A stretch of DNA of 64,000 nt from Pedobacter sp. (GCA_050253415.1 JBFWJC010000003.1:305035-369034); one strand, 5' to 3'. Positions 31,750 to 41,489 are shown, counted from the stretch's first letter. Notes: generated by a model not told the origin, from the sequence alone. Made by a program: numbers and translations.

Positions 31750-33108
31750 ATGAATGCACCTTCTTCACGCAGTGGCTGGGCCACCAGGCTGGGATTTGTC
31801 CTTGCGGCAGCCGGCAGTGCCATCGGTTTGGGAAATATCTGGAAGTTTCCCTATATCGCAGGCATGCACGGTGGCGGTGCCTTCGTGCTTGTCTACCTGG
31901 TCTGCATTCTGTTGCTCGGGTTGCCGATCATGGTAGCCGAGTTGCTTATCGGCCGGTGTGGTCAGCGCGATGCCGTCGGTTCCTTCGTGGCTCTGGAAGG
32001 TCCCTCAAGCCCCTGGCGGCTGGTCGGTTGGACCAGTGTTGTGGCTGCGTTTGTTCTGCTCTCCTTTTATTCCGTGGTAGCCGGATGGAGCTTCGATTAT
32101 GTCTTTAAGGCAGCTTCCGGTGCGCTGCAGCACGGCAATGCCGAGCAGGTCAGTGGATTATTCAGGCATCTGACGGCTTCACCCTGGCGGGTGCTGTTCT
32201 GGCAGGCGTTGTTTATCATGGCTACCGTAGGGATCGTCGTCGGCGGCATTCGCGGCGGCATCGAGCGCTGGAGCAAGATACTCATGCCGGGATTGTTCAC
32301 CCTACTGGTCCTGCTTTTTCTGCATGCCATGCTTTCCCCTGGCGGCCCGCCGGCTCTTCGTTTCATGTTTGTGCCGGATTTTTCCCAACTTACTTCCCAG
32401 TCGGTGCTGGTAGCCCTCGGCCATGCTTTTTTTACTCTCTCCCTTGGGGCCGGGGTAATGATTACCTATGGGTCCTATCTTGATGCCGGGGCGGATCTGT
32501 TCGGGCTATCCTTCAGAATCGCCCTGCTCGATACGCTGGTAGCCATGCTGGCTTCCCTGACCATCTTTTCGGTGGTTTTTTCAGCCGGTCTACCGATGGG
32601 TTCGGGGCCGGGGTTGGTCTTTGAGACCCTGCCGATCCTTTTTATGCAGCTGCCCTTTGGGCAGCTGTGGGCCTTGATATTTTTCCTGTTACTGGCGTTT
32701 GCCGCCCTGACCTCGGCCATCTCCATGCTGGAGGTGGTTGTCGCCTATGTTATCGACGAATGCCGGTGGCGACGCTCGCGGGCTACCGCCCTGGTCGGGA
32801 CTGCGGCGTTTTTGGTTGGGATCCCCTGTGCGCTTTCCTTCAATCTCTGGTCCGATGTTACCTTGCTTCCCGGTCGCACAGTGTTCGACTCATTCGATCT
32901 TCTGGTTTCGTCTTACATGCTGCCGCTCGGTGGTTTGATGGTGGCTGTCTACGCGGGCTGGTTCTGGGCCGAAAACCGCGAAAGGGTGGGGCTGGTCAAT
33001 CTGCGACAACCAAGTTTGCTGTTTGACGTGTGGCATTTGCTGGTGCGCTACCTCGCCCCTGTGGCGGTGCTGCTGGTCTTACTGCATGAAGCAGGACTTT
33101 TTTCCTGA
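31750..33108 (+). CDS. sodium-dependent transporter, NSS/SNF family
   Basis: GSAIGLGNIWKFPY, GGGAF, FFTLSLG, GPGLVF. Confidence 0.95.
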   Translation: MNAPSSRSGWATRLGFVLAAAGSAIGLGNIWKFPYIAGMHGGGAFVLVYLVCILLLGLPIMVAELLIGRCGQRDAVGSFVALEGPSSPWRLVGWTSVVAAFVLLSFYSVVAGWSFDYVFKAASGALQHGNAEQVSGLFRHLTASPWRVLFWQALFIMATVGIVVGGIRGGIERWSKILMPGLFTLLVLLFLHAMLSPGGPPALRFMFVPDFSQLTSQSVLVALGHAFFTLSLGAGVMITYGSYLDAGADLFGLSFRIALLDTLVAMLASLTIFSVVFSAGLPMGSGPGLVFETLPILFMQLPFGQLWALIFFLLLAFAALTSAISMLEVVVAYVIDECRWRRSRATALVGTAAFLVGIPCALSFNLWSDVTLLPGRTVFDSFDLLVSSYMLPLGGLMVAVYAGWFWAENRERVGLVNLRQPSLLFDVWHLLVRYLAPVAVLLVLLHEAGLFS

Positions 33109-33109
33109 T

Positions 33110-33925
33110 ATGCCTGAGTTGCCAGAAGTAGAGACCATCCGGCGAGGCATCGCGCCCTGGGTGTTGGATCAACCGGTGGCTAGGGTCGTGGTTCGCCAAC
33201 CGCAACTGCGCTGGTCAGTGCCTGCCGACCTGGCAGAGCACTTGGTCGGATGGAGTTTTTTCGCCGTTCAGCGCCGCGCCAAGTACCTGCTTTTGCAAAA
33301 CGAGAAGGGATGGTTATTGATTCATCTTGGCATGAGTGGTTCGCTACGCATTGTGCCGTCCGACCTTAAGCCGGGCCGTCATGACCATGTCGATATTGCA
33401 TTTGAAAACGGTCGTTGTCTGCGCCTGAACGATCCCCGCCGATTCGGGGCTGTTTTGTGGGCCGGAAATAACCTCGAAGAGCATGCGTTGCTGGCCCATC
33501 TTGGGCCGGAGCCGCTTTCTGCCGAATTTAACGGCGCCATGTTGTATGCCCGATCACGTGGACGCAAACTCGCCGTAAAAAATTTCATCATGGACCAACG
33601 GGTCGTGGTCGGTATCGGGAATATTTATGCCAGCGAGGCTCTGTTTCGGGCCGGTATTCATCCTGGGCTTGCGGCGGGTCGCATTTCTCGCCGCCGTTAC
33701 GGATTGCTGGCTGATTCGGTATGGCAGGTACTCACCGAGGCTATCGCTGCGGGGGGCACAACCCTGCGTGATTTTACCGATGAAAACGGTCGCCCCGGGT
33801 ATTTCAGTCAACAATTGCTGGTTTATGGCCGTGAAGGCCAACCCTGCGTCCGTTGCGGCGAGCTTATCTTTAGCGAAACCATTGGTCAGCGCAGCAGTTT
33901 TTTTTGCAGGCGTTGCCAGCGCTGA
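33110..33925 (+). CDS. mutM: formamidopyrimidine-DNA glycosylase
   Basis: MPELPEVET, RRAKY, HLGMSG, GIGNIYA, C-terminal zinc finger. Confidence 0.97.
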   Translation: MPELPEVETIRRGIAPWVLDQPVARVVVRQPQLRWSVPADLAEHLVGWSFFAVQRRAKYLLLQNEKGWLLIHLGMSGSLRIVPSDLKPGRHDHVDIAFENGRCLRLNDPRRFGAVLWAGNNLEEHALLAHLGPEPLSAEFNGAMLYARSRGRKLAVKNFIMDQRVVVGIGNIYASEALFRAGIHPGLAAGRISRRRYGLLADSVWQVLTEAIAAGGTTLRDFTDENGRPGYFSQQLLVYGREGQPCVRCGELIFSETIGQRSSFFCRRCQR

Positions 33926-33970
33926 TATACAACCGACTCTATTTCATGCCTGGAGAAACAGGAGGCAAAT

Positions 33971-34381
33971 TTGGACAATTTCCGATTTACCATGCCCTAC
34001 AGGGTGCGCATTGCTGACATTAACTATGGTGGACATGTATCCAATGCTGCTGTTCTGAGTTTTTTTCAGGATGGTCGCATCGGTTATCTGGCTGCCATCG
34101 GTAGCTTCAGCGAGATGGATATCGGTGGTTGCGGCATTATCTTACCCGAGGCACATGCCCAATATCGCGCCGAGATGTTTCTTAACGATGATCTACTTAT
34201 TGGCGTAAAGATTGAAAGCCTGAAAAACTCATCTTTTATCATGGCTTACCGCATAGAGCGGGCTGGAGTGGTGACCGCAGAAGGCACTACGGCCCTGGTG
34301 GCTTTTGATTACCAGAAACGGCGACCCTGCCGTTTGCCGCCCGTTTTTCGTAACGCGGTGGAAGAGTTTGAGGGGTTTTAG
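33971..34381 (+). CDS. acyl-CoA thioesterase (4HBT/YbgC family)
   Basis: VRIADINYGGHVSN; TTG start after GGAGG. Confidence 0.88.
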   Translation: MDNFRFTMPYRVRIADINYGGHVSNAAVLSFFQDGRIGYLAAIGSFSEMDIGGCGIILPEAHAQYRAEMFLNDDLLIGVKIESLKNSSFIMAYRIERAGVVTAEGTTALVAFDYQKRRPCRLPPVFRNAVEEFEGF

Positions 34382-34503
34382 TAAAGTCCGGTGGTTTAAC
34401 TTGACCCAAGGAACCTTTCGGACAATCCTGGGCCGGCCCTCAATAGGGCTGTTTGGTCCCTATGTCAGGTCGTGTAGTTCGTCAATCTCCAAGGAGGATA
34501 TCT

Positions 34504-34707
34504 ATGAAAGATTTTCGTATTTGTCCCAAATGCCAGTACGGACGCGGGTTTCATGTTGCTTTGCATGAAGTTGAAGAGGGGATGTCGGTTATGCTGATCT
34601 GCCCGGATTGCGGTCAGTCTTATGCGTTAGGCTGGGCTGTCGAAATCTCTGGCGGGCAGGTTAAGGAAGGGGTTGTTTTTCCCGTCCGGGAGGAATCCAA
34701 CTTGTAG
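34504..34707 (+). CDS. small zinc-ribbon (2 x CxxC) protein
   Basis: CPKCQYGRGFHV...ICPDCGQSY; AAGGAGG Shine-Dalgarno. Confidence 0.75.
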   Translation: MKDFRICPKCQYGRGFHVALHEVEEGMSVMLICPDCGQSYALGWAVEISGGQVKEGVVFPVREESNL

Positions 34708-34732
34708 CGGGTCGCCCGCTGTGGTTTTTTGA

Positions 34733-34757
34733 ATAGTTGACAAAATTGATCAGGCAT
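34733..34757 (+). promoter_or_regulatory. IscR type-1-like operator overlapping a TTGACA -35 element
   Basis: ATAGTTGACAAAATTGATCAGGCAT resembles the type-1 IscR site; lies upstream of cysE-iscR-iscS-iscU. Confidence 0.7.
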
Positions 34758-34810
34758 GTTATCCGTAGCCCAACTGCAACCTGTTAAGGACTTTATGCAA
34801 GGGGGCTTCG

Positions 34811-35497
34811 GTGTTTCAGACTCTTAAAGAAGATATCAAGACGGTTTTTGATCGGGATCCTGCCGTGCGCAGTGTGCCGGAAATCATTTTCTGTTATCCC
34901 GGATTTCATGCACTGCTTTTTTACCGTCTGTCGCACGCACTCTGGATTCGCAAATGCCGTTTTCTGGCCCGATTTCTTTCCCATTTGGGCCGCATGGCTA
35001 CAGGGATCGAAATTCACCCCGGAGCTCAGATCGGGCATCGTTTCTTTATCGATCATGGTATGGGCGTCGTCATAGGCGAGACGGCCGAGATCGGCGATGA
35101 CTGTACTCTCTATCATGGTGTGACCCTTGGCGGAACCTCATGGGCCAAGGAAAAACGCCATCCCACCTTGGGTAACAATATCGTCATCGGTGCCGGTGCC
35201 AAAGTGCTGGGGCCTTTCAAGGTCGGCGATAACAGCAAAATCGGAGCAAATTCCGTCGTGGTTCGTGAAGTTCCTGCAAATTCCACAGTGGTCGGCATTC
35301 CCGGTCGGGTGGTTTTTGCCAACGGCGAAAAGGTGGGTACGCGATTCGATCTGGAACACGGCGAAATGCCTGATCCCGAAGGCAAGGCAATGTCTTGCAT
35401 GTTTGACCAGTTGCGTGCCCTGGAACGGCGGGTGCGTGAACTTGAAGGCGAAAGTGCATCGGGCGATACTGACCAGAGTGATCAAGAGGTGATTTAA
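34811..35497 (+). CDS. cysE: serine O-acetyltransferase
   Basis: [34 protein letters not shown]. Confidence 0.96.
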   Translation: MFQTLKEDIKTVFDRDPAVRSVPEIIFCYPGFHALLFYRLSHALWIRKCRFLARFLSHLGRMATGIEIHPGAQIGHRFFIDHGMGVVIGETAEIGDDCTLYHGVTLGGTSWAKEKRHPTLGNNIVIGAGAKVLGPFKVGDNSKIGANSVVVREVPANSTVVGIPGRVVFANGEKVGTRFDLEHGEMPDPEGKAMSCMFDQLRALERRVRELEGESASGDTDQSDQEVI

Positions 35498-35500
35498 ACG

Positions 35501-35944
35501 ATGCGTTTGTCCACTAAAGCTCAATATGCCGTGCGAGCCATGGTTCGCCTCAGTTTTGAGAGTCCCGATGCGCCTGTGTCGAGTAAAACCATTGCCGACC
35601 TAGAAGGTATTTCGCTGACTTTTCTGGAACAAATCCTGTCCAAATTGCGGCGTGGCAAGATCGTTAAAAGTGTGCGCGGTCCCGGTGGCGGCTTTGTCTT
35701 GGCACGGTTACCGGAACAGATCCGCGTCGATGAAATCATCGAGTGTGTAGAAGAACCGTTGATGCCGGTAGCCTGTATGGATGAGATGGGTACGTGTCAA
35801 TGTGAGGAGCTCTGTTACACCCACATGGTCTGGGCTGGATTGGGGCAGCGCATAAAGAATTTTCTGTCATCGATTACCCTGGCGGAGTTGTCCAGAGACG
35901 CTTCGATGATCAGGCAAGGAACCCGCGTAAAGCGGGATATATGA
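35501..35944 (+). CDS. iscR: Rrf2-family regulator, IscR-like
   Basis: MRLSTKAQYA, SVRGPGGG, C-x6-C-x5-C-x2-H cluster ligands; precedes iscS. Confidence 0.85.
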   Translation: MRLSTKAQYAVRAMVRLSFESPDAPVSSKTIADLEGISLTFLEQILSKLRRGKIVKSVRGPGGGFVLARLPEQIRVDEIIECVEEPLMPVACMDEMGTCQCEELCYTHMVWAGLGQRIKNFLSSITLAELSRDASMIRQGTRVKRDI

Positions 35945-35966
35945 GATTGTACTGGGAGGAACAGAG

Positions 35967-37148
35967 GTGAAACGGATTTACATGGATAACAATGCCACCA
36001 CCGCCGTGCGACCCGAGGTGATGGAGGCAATGCTGCCTTTTTACAAGGAGCATTTTGGTAATCCCTCCAGCGTTCACTGGGCAGGCAGGGAAACAGGTGC
36101 GGCTCTGGAAGCAGCCCGGGAAAAGGTGGCAAATCTTATTAACTGTGCTCCTGCAGAGATTGTTTTTACTTCCTGCGGCAGCGAAGGGGATAACCTTGCT
36201 ATCAAAGGGGCCGCAGACGTTCTGCGGGATCGTGGTAATCACATCATTACCACCGCTGTTGAGCATCCTGCCGTGTTGAGTACTTGCGAATACTTGACCA
36301 AGCAGGGCTTTGAGGTGACCTATCTACCCGTGGATGGTTACGGCATGCTCGATGTTGCCGCGCTCGAGGCGGCGATTACGGAAAAGACCATTCTGATTTC
36401 GGTCATGTGGGCCAACAACGAAACCGGTACCCTGTTTCCCATCGAGCAGATCGGTGCCGTGGCCCGCAAACATAAAATCTGCTTCCATACCGACGCGGTG
36501 CAGGCAATTGGTCGGGTGCCGGTTGATGTGCAGGCGGCGCAGGTCGACCTGCTCGCTATTTCCGGACACAAGATCGGTGCTCCCAAGGGTGTCGGCGCCC
36601 TGTATGTGCGCAAAGGCACCAGACTTACCCCGTTGATTCACGGTGGACATCAGGAGCGCAATCGGCGGGCCGGGACCCATAACCTGCCGGGTATTGTCGG
36701 ATTGGGCGTGGCCTGTGAATTGGCCGCCAGCGACCTGGCAGGCACCGCGCAGCGTTTGCGCCAGATGCGGGATCGTCTGGAACAGGGTTTGCTCGCAATC
36801 CCGGAAAGTCAGATCAACGGCCATCCCACCGAGCGCTTACCCAATACCCTGAATATCAGTTTCAACTACATCGAAGGGGAGGCGGTGCTGTTGTTTTTGG
36901 ATATGCAAGGCATCGCAGCTTCGTCCGGTTCGGCCTGTATGTCCGATTCGTTCGGGCAGTCCCATGTTATCGAAGCGATGGGAGTCGATCCGATGATGGC
37001 CAATTCGGCTATCCGTTTCGGTCTGGGTTACGATAACACCGATGCCGATGTCGATCAGGTATTGGAAATCCTGCCGGCTATCGTCAAAAAGTTGCGTGAT
37101 ATGAGTCCCTTTTATCACGAGCGGGATACGACCAAAGCCACGGCTTAA
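35967..37148 (+). CDS. iscS: cysteine desulfurase (NifS/IscS)
   Basis: YMDNNATT, HTDAVQ, SGHK, SSGSAC. Confidence 0.93.
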   Translation: MKRIYMDNNATTAVRPEVMEAMLPFYKEHFGNPSSVHWAGRETGAALEAAREKVANLINCAPAEIVFTSCGSEGDNLAIKGAADVLRDRGNHIITTAVEHPAVLSTCEYLTKQGFEVTYLPVDGYGMLDVAALEAAITEKTILISVMWANNETGTLFPIEQIGAVARKHKICFHTDAVQAIGRVPVDVQAAQVDLLAISGHKIGAPKGVGALYVRKGTRLTPLIHGGHQERNRRAGTHNLPGIVGLGVACELAASDLAGTAQRLRQMRDRLEQGLLAIPESQINGHPTERLPNTLNISFNYIEGEAVLLFLDMQGIAASSGSACMSDSFGQSHVIEAMGVDPMMANSAIRFGLGYDNTDADVDQVLEILPAIVKKLRDMSPFYHERDTTKATA

Positions 37149-37209
37149 TCTCTGATAATAACCGATGCCCGTTACGGGCTTGATACCGTTCTTATGAAAA
37201 GGAGTCCTT

Positions 37210-37578
37210 ATGTATTCGGATAAAGTCATCGATCATTTTACCAATCCCCGTAACGTCGGTGAAATCGAAAATGCCGATGGCGTCGGAGAAAAAGTCAGCT
37301 CATCCTGCGGTGACCGCATGAAAGTATTTCTCAAGGTCGAGGATGGTGTTATCCAGGACATCAAATTCCAGACCTACGGTTGCGGCGCCGCCATTGCTTC
37401 GTCGTCCATGATGTCGGAACTTGTCATCGGCAAAACACTGCAGGAAGCCCTCGACCTGACCAACGATCAGGTTGCCGATGCGCTTGGTGGTCTGCCTGCT
37501 CCCAAGCTGCACTGTTCCAATCTGGCGGCTGATGCCCTGCACGACGCTATCAAAAACTTCCAGGCGACCACTGCCTGA
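37210..37578 (+). CDS. iscU: Fe-S scaffold protein (IscU/NifU N-terminal type)
   Basis: DHFTNPRNVG, CGD, GCGAAIASSS, KLHCS. Confidence 0.93.
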   Translation: MYSDKVIDHFTNPRNVGEIENADGVGEKVSSSCGDRMKVFLKVEDGVIQDIKFQTYGCGAAIASSSMMSELVIGKTLQEALDLTNDQVADALGGLPAPKLHCSNLAADALHDAIKNFQATTA

Positions 37579-37601
37579 TTGTCTGTGCCCTGAAACGAGT
37601 T

Positions 37602-37637
37602 CCAAAGGGCCACCCGCAATAGTGGGTGGCCCTTTGG
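37602..37637. other. strong intercistronic hairpin between iscU and mnmA
   Basis: CCAAAGGGCCACCCGC-aata-GTGGGTGGCCCTTTGG. Confidence 0.7.
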
Positions 37638-37653
37638 GTATTGAAGGCGAAAC

Positions 37654-38712
37654 ATGGAAACAAACAACAAACATATCGTGGTGGCCATGAGTGGCGGCGT
37701 CGATTCCACCGTGGCGGCGGCCCTGTTATTGGCTGAGGGACATCAAGTGTCCGGCTTGACCATGCGGGTGTGGGATACCGAGCCTCTGGCCGAGGGGCAG
37801 GATCCTGCACATATCCAGGATGCCCGCAGAGTCGCAAAAGATCTTGGAATCCCTTTGCATGTCGTGGATCTGCGTGAGGAATTCCGGCAACAGGTGGTCA
37901 CGCCGTTCTGCACGGAGTACTTCGCAGGTCGTACGCCCAACCCTTGCGTATTGTGCAACCGCGTTTTCAAGTTTCGCCGTTTGTTGCAGGAGGCCGATCG
38001 GCTTGGCGCCGATGCCCTGGCCACCGGACATTATGCCAGGATCGTTGAAGATGGCCATTTACGCATCTTGGCCAAGGGAGCCAATCAGCATAAGGATCAG
38101 AGCTATTTTCTGTTTACCTTGACTCAACAGCAGTTGCAGCGGGTCGTCTTTCCCCTTGGGGGAATGAACAAAGATGACGTGCGTGCTCATGCGCAGCGCC
38201 TGGGTCTGCATGTCGCGCAAAAAGGCGATAGCCAGGATATCTGTTTTATCCCGGATGGCGACTATATCGGTTTTCTCGAACGTCAATCCGATGCACCCAG
38301 TGTCGAAGGTTCCATCGTACATGTCTCAGGCAAGGTCCTTGGTAAACACCGCGGAGCTTATCGCTTTACCATCGGGCAGCGTCGTGGTCTGGGCATTGCG
38401 TGGCCGGAACCTTTGTATGTCATTGCCATCGATGCCGCCAGGCAGCAAGTCGTGGTGGGGGAACTCGAACACCTGAAAGTCGACCGGTTGGTAACCACCG
38501 GGACCAATTGGATTGTCCCCGCGCCGCAGCAACCGTTGCGGGCTCGCTGCCGCATCCGTTATCGCCATCACGAGGCGTTATGCACTCTGGTGGTGCTGGA
38601 TGATGAGCGGGTCGAAGTGCGCTTTGACGAACCGCAAAATGGTGTCACCCCCGGGCAGGCAGCGGTGTTTTATGATGGAGATCGGGTGTTGGGCGGAGGC
38701 TGGATTGCATGA
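37654..38712 (+). CDS. mnmA: tRNA-specific 2-thiouridylase
   Basis: AMSGGVDS, TPNPC, ATGHYA, KDQSYFL, TIGQRRG, TPGQ. Confidence 0.97.
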   Translation: METNNKHIVVAMSGGVDSTVAAALLLAEGHQVSGLTMRVWDTEPLAEGQDPAHIQDARRVAKDLGIPLHVVDLREEFRQQVVTPFCTEYFAGRTPNPCVLCNRVFKFRRLLQEADRLGADALATGHYARIVEDGHLRILAKGANQHKDQSYFLFTLTQQQLQRVVFPLGGMNKDDVRAHAQRLGLHVAQKGDSQDICFIPDGDYIGFLERQSDAPSVEGSIVHVSGKVLGKHRGAYRFTIGQRRGLGIAWPEPLYVIAIDAARQQVVVGELEHLKVDRLVTTGTNWIVPAPQQPLRARCRIRYRHHEALCTLVVLDDERVEVRFDEPQNGVTPGQAAVFYDGDRVLGGGWIA

Positions 38713-39998
38713 AAGGCACCTATGCCATTGTCACGCTCGGCTGCAAGACCAATCAGTTTGAATCCACCGCCATGGCCGAGCAATTGGAACAGGCTGGATT
38801 TGAGCGGGTCGATTACAGCACCGGCGCCGCACTGGTCATCGTCAATACCTGTACCGTCACCGCCGCCACCGACAGTCAGTCGCGTAATCTCATTCGCCGG
38901 GCCAGGCGCCTCAATCCGACCTGTCGGGTGGTTGTCACCGGTTGCTATGCCCAGGTCGATCCTGCCGCTCTGGAAAATCTGCCGGGAGTCGACCTGGTTC
39001 TGGGCAATGAAGAAAAGGGCGAACTGCTGAAGTGGCTGAGCACCGATGGGCCGAAAGTCCGCGTAGGCGATATCCGCCAGGCCAGCGGCGTGACTTTTGA
39101 TCTTAATTCCTTCGGCAGCCGCAGCCGTGCTTTTGTTCAAATCCAGAATGGCTGCAATGCCTTCTGTTCTTATTGCATTATTCCCCATGCCAGAGGCCCC
39201 AGTCGCTCTGCGTTGCCGGAACAGATTCTGGAGCAGGTGTCGAAATTCTGTGCGGCCGGTTTCCCGGAAATCGTTCTGACCGGTATTCATGTCGGAGGTT
39301 ACGGCAACGACCTGCAGCCGCCTTCGACTCTGGCGGCTTTGGTGCGCCGGTTACTGGAATCAACGGAGGTCAGGCGCCTGCGCATTGGTTCCATAGAGCC
39401 GCTGGAATTATCGGCCGAGCTTATCGAACTTGTAGCCCAGTCCGAGCGACTCTGCCCGCATTTCCATATTCCGCTGCAGGCCGGTGATGACGGCATCCTC
39501 AAGGCCATGAATCGCCATTATTCGGTCGACTATTTCCGCAGCCTTGTTCAGGGGATTAAGTCACGATTACCGGATGCCGCTATTGGTCTGGACGTTATTA
39601 CCGGTTTTCCCGGCGAAACGGAGCAGGCGTTCGTCAATACCATGGACCTTATAACGGAACTTCCTGTGAGCCATTTGCATGTGTTCCCCTTCAGTCGACG
39701 ACCCGGTACGCCAGCGGCCACCATGCCGCAGCAGGTACCCGGGGATGTAGCGCGCCAGCGCGCCGCGCTACTGCGTACCCTCGGGGAAACCAAGCAGCGG
39801 AACTATGCGCACCGCTTTGTCGGTCGACGGCTCGATGTTGTGGTGGAAGGGAAAAAACGCAACGGTTGGCGGAACGGTCTGAGTAAACATTATCTTCCGG
39901 TATCGTTTGCTGCGCCTGCCGATTTTGACAGGCGATCGGTCACCGTTGAGATCCTTGAAAGTCGGGAAGAAGGATTGATTGGCAGGTTGGTCGATTGA
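38709..39998 (+). CDS. mtaB: tRNA t6A37 methylthiotransferase
   Basis: TLGCKTNQFES, NTCTVT, GCNAFCSYC, HVFPFSRRPGT. Confidence 0.9.
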   Translation: MKGTYAIVTLGCKTNQFESTAMAEQLEQAGFERVDYSTGAALVIVNTCTVTAATDSQSRNLIRRARRLNPTCRVVVTGCYAQVDPAALENLPGVDLVLGNEEKGELLKWLSTDGPKVRVGDIRQASGVTFDLNSFGSRSRAFVQIQNGCNAFCSYCIIPHARGPSRSALPEQILEQVSKFCAAGFPEIVLTGIHVGGYGNDLQPPSTLAALVRRLLESTEVRRLRIGSIEPLELSAELIELVAQSERLCPHFHIPLQAGDDGILKAMNRHYSVDYFRSLVQGIKSRLPDAAIGLDVITGFPGETEQAFVNTMDLITELPVSHLHVFPFSRRPGTPAATMPQQVPGDVARQRAALLRTLGETKQRNYAHRFVGRRLDVVVEGKKRNGWRNGLSKHYLPVSFAAPADFDRRSVTVEILESREEGLIGRLVD

Positions 39999-40080
39999 GA
40001 CCTTCAAGATCCATAAGGCAACGTAAAAAGCCCTGTTTAAAAACCAGGCCGTTTACTTAAGGTGTTGAAGAATGGTTATG

Positions 40081-40115
40081 GAAAAGGCTCCTCAATGTTT
40101 GAGGAGCCTTTTTTC
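40081..40115 (+). terminator. intrinsic terminator after mtaB
   Basis: AAAAGGCTCCTCAA-tgt-TTGAGGAGCCTTTTTT. Confidence 0.85.
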
Positions 40116-40267
40116 ATTTTATGCCCAAACAAGCAACAAGTGAAAATGATTGTGATCAGTGCCAGGCGAAACATTTTGGGGAGGTCTTTAAGAGCATAAT
40201 TGATAAGCGTAGTACAAAATCATCCCTGTCCCCAACGCGTTTAGATAATTTCCCGTAGCGGAAGCGC

Positions 40268-40296
40268 TTGACTCACTGCATGGGTAAATATACATT
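40268..40296 (+). promoter_or_regulatory. sigma70-type promoter
   Basis: TTGACT-17 nt-TACATT upstream of the 40351 gene. Confidence 0.6.
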
Positions 40297-40350
40297 ATGC
40301 AAAGCTTAATATTTGATTGGGACTCGGCATCTTATCGGCGGGAGGTATAT

Positions 40351-41172
40351 ATGCGGCGGTGGCAACTCTTTGGGGCAAAATTGAATGGTTCGGTCTGGTC
40401 GGCAACCCTGATGCTGATGTTGGCGCTGCTTTGGGGTGCGCCGCAAACGGCCTTTGCTGGGGACAGTGACCTGCCACCGGCCATTGCAAACTCTAAAGAC
40501 GCAGGAATAAAAAAAGCGTACTTATGGACAATAACCGGGAATTACACCGACGCAAGAGTAGTATTAATGGGAGGAAGAGTAAGCGGTACATCAATCCAAA
40601 TGCAATCCTTTTACGAAGACCCAGCAGTTATGATAACAATCATGACATACAACATAACAGCAGGAAGAAGTATGCAGATAGATCTAGGAACAGATGCTCC
40701 TTGGGATCAAAAAAAACTAGAAGAACAATATCCCGCACAATACAATTTTTTGCTAGGATTCTCAGGATTTTTAGCTATTCATAAAGAACATAACAGGAAA
40801 ATAGGTTATTCCGAAATTGAAAAAGATCTCCTCAAATCAATCTCCTACGCCGCCTATCCGGACAAGCAGCTAGCCATGCAGAAATACGCGCTATACCAGG
40901 GGACGACCACGCTGGATGAAAAGATAAAGTTCGTAGACGAGATACTTAAAAGAGCGGAGCAGTCGGATTTTGTGCACCAAAGGTGGATAGCGAATAGTAC
41001 TGCTTGGTTGGTAAACCATTATTGGTTAACCGCCAAAAAGGACAACGATCCAACTCATCAACTCATGCGCCTTTTTGCAGACCACTTGGAAAAGCCTCTG
41101 GATAAATTGGACAAAGGCTTAATTGTCAGGGACCGAGAAGGCACTAAGAGATATCTCAACAAGTATATGTGA
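40351..41172 (+). CDS. hypothetical exported protein
   Basis: GGAGG Shine-Dalgarno, ATG at 40351, Sec-type signal ending AFA; no family recognised. Confidence 0.8.
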   Translation: MRRWQLFGAKLNGSVWSATLMLMLALLWGAPQTAFAGDSDLPPAIANSKDAGIKKAYLWTITGNYTDARVVLMGGRVSGTSIQMQSFYEDPAVMITIMTYNITAGRSMQIDLGTDAPWDQKKLEEQYPAQYNFLLGFSGFLAIHKEHNRKIGYSEIEKDLLKSISYAAYPDKQLAMQKYALYQGTTTLDEKIKFVDEILKRAEQSDFVHQRWIANSTAWLVNHYWLTAKKDNDPTHQLMRLFADHLEKPLDKLDKGLIVRDREGTKRYLNKYM

Positions 41173-41258
41173 AATTAGGTGTCAGTAAGCCCCCTACTAT
41201 ATGGGGCCTTACCTTTTGCGGTTTCCGTACAGAGTACAGGTAAAATTGAAGAATTTTG

Positions 41259-41423
41259 CGATATAGCGGTGCCCGTTTGAAAGAGCTGGGAGCGTATTTT
41301 GGGCTGAGCGAGTCGGGCGTGTCTCAGCTCAGCCGCAGGTTTGAGTCCTGGATGGACGAGAAGGAAGCGGTAAAAAAGGAGGTTGAGGGCATCATTGAAA
41401 AGCTGGGCTTGTCAAGAGTGTAG
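41259..41423 (+). pseudogene. C-terminal HTH remnant of a REP-associated (RAYT/IS200-like) tyrosine transposase
   Basis: Start-less frame RYSGARLKELGAYFGLSESGVSQLSRRF...KLGLSRV*, followed by ACCTGAC; resembles RAYT C-terminal helix-turn-helix tails. Confidence 0.6.
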
Positions 41424-41489
41424 ACCTGACACAAATAAACTCCTAATAAACTCCCCTGACACTAATAAACTCCCCCTTATAAACTCCCC
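41424..41489 (+). repeat. short irregular tandem repeat (ATAAACTCC x4, CTGACAC x2)
   Basis: CTGACACAAATAAACTCC-TAATAAACTCCC-CTGACACTAATAAACTCCCC-CTTATAAACTCCCC. Confidence 0.9.

Noticed and set aside
39997..40190. Possible MITE bounded by AGACCT.../...AGGTCT after mtaB
   Set aside because: The inverted match is only 6-8 bp and no target duplication is evident; unsupported without a multicopy search.
41424..41489. Tandem repeats as a possible mini-CRISPR
   Set aside because: Units are 9-18 bp with no unique spacers, and there are no cas genes in the window.
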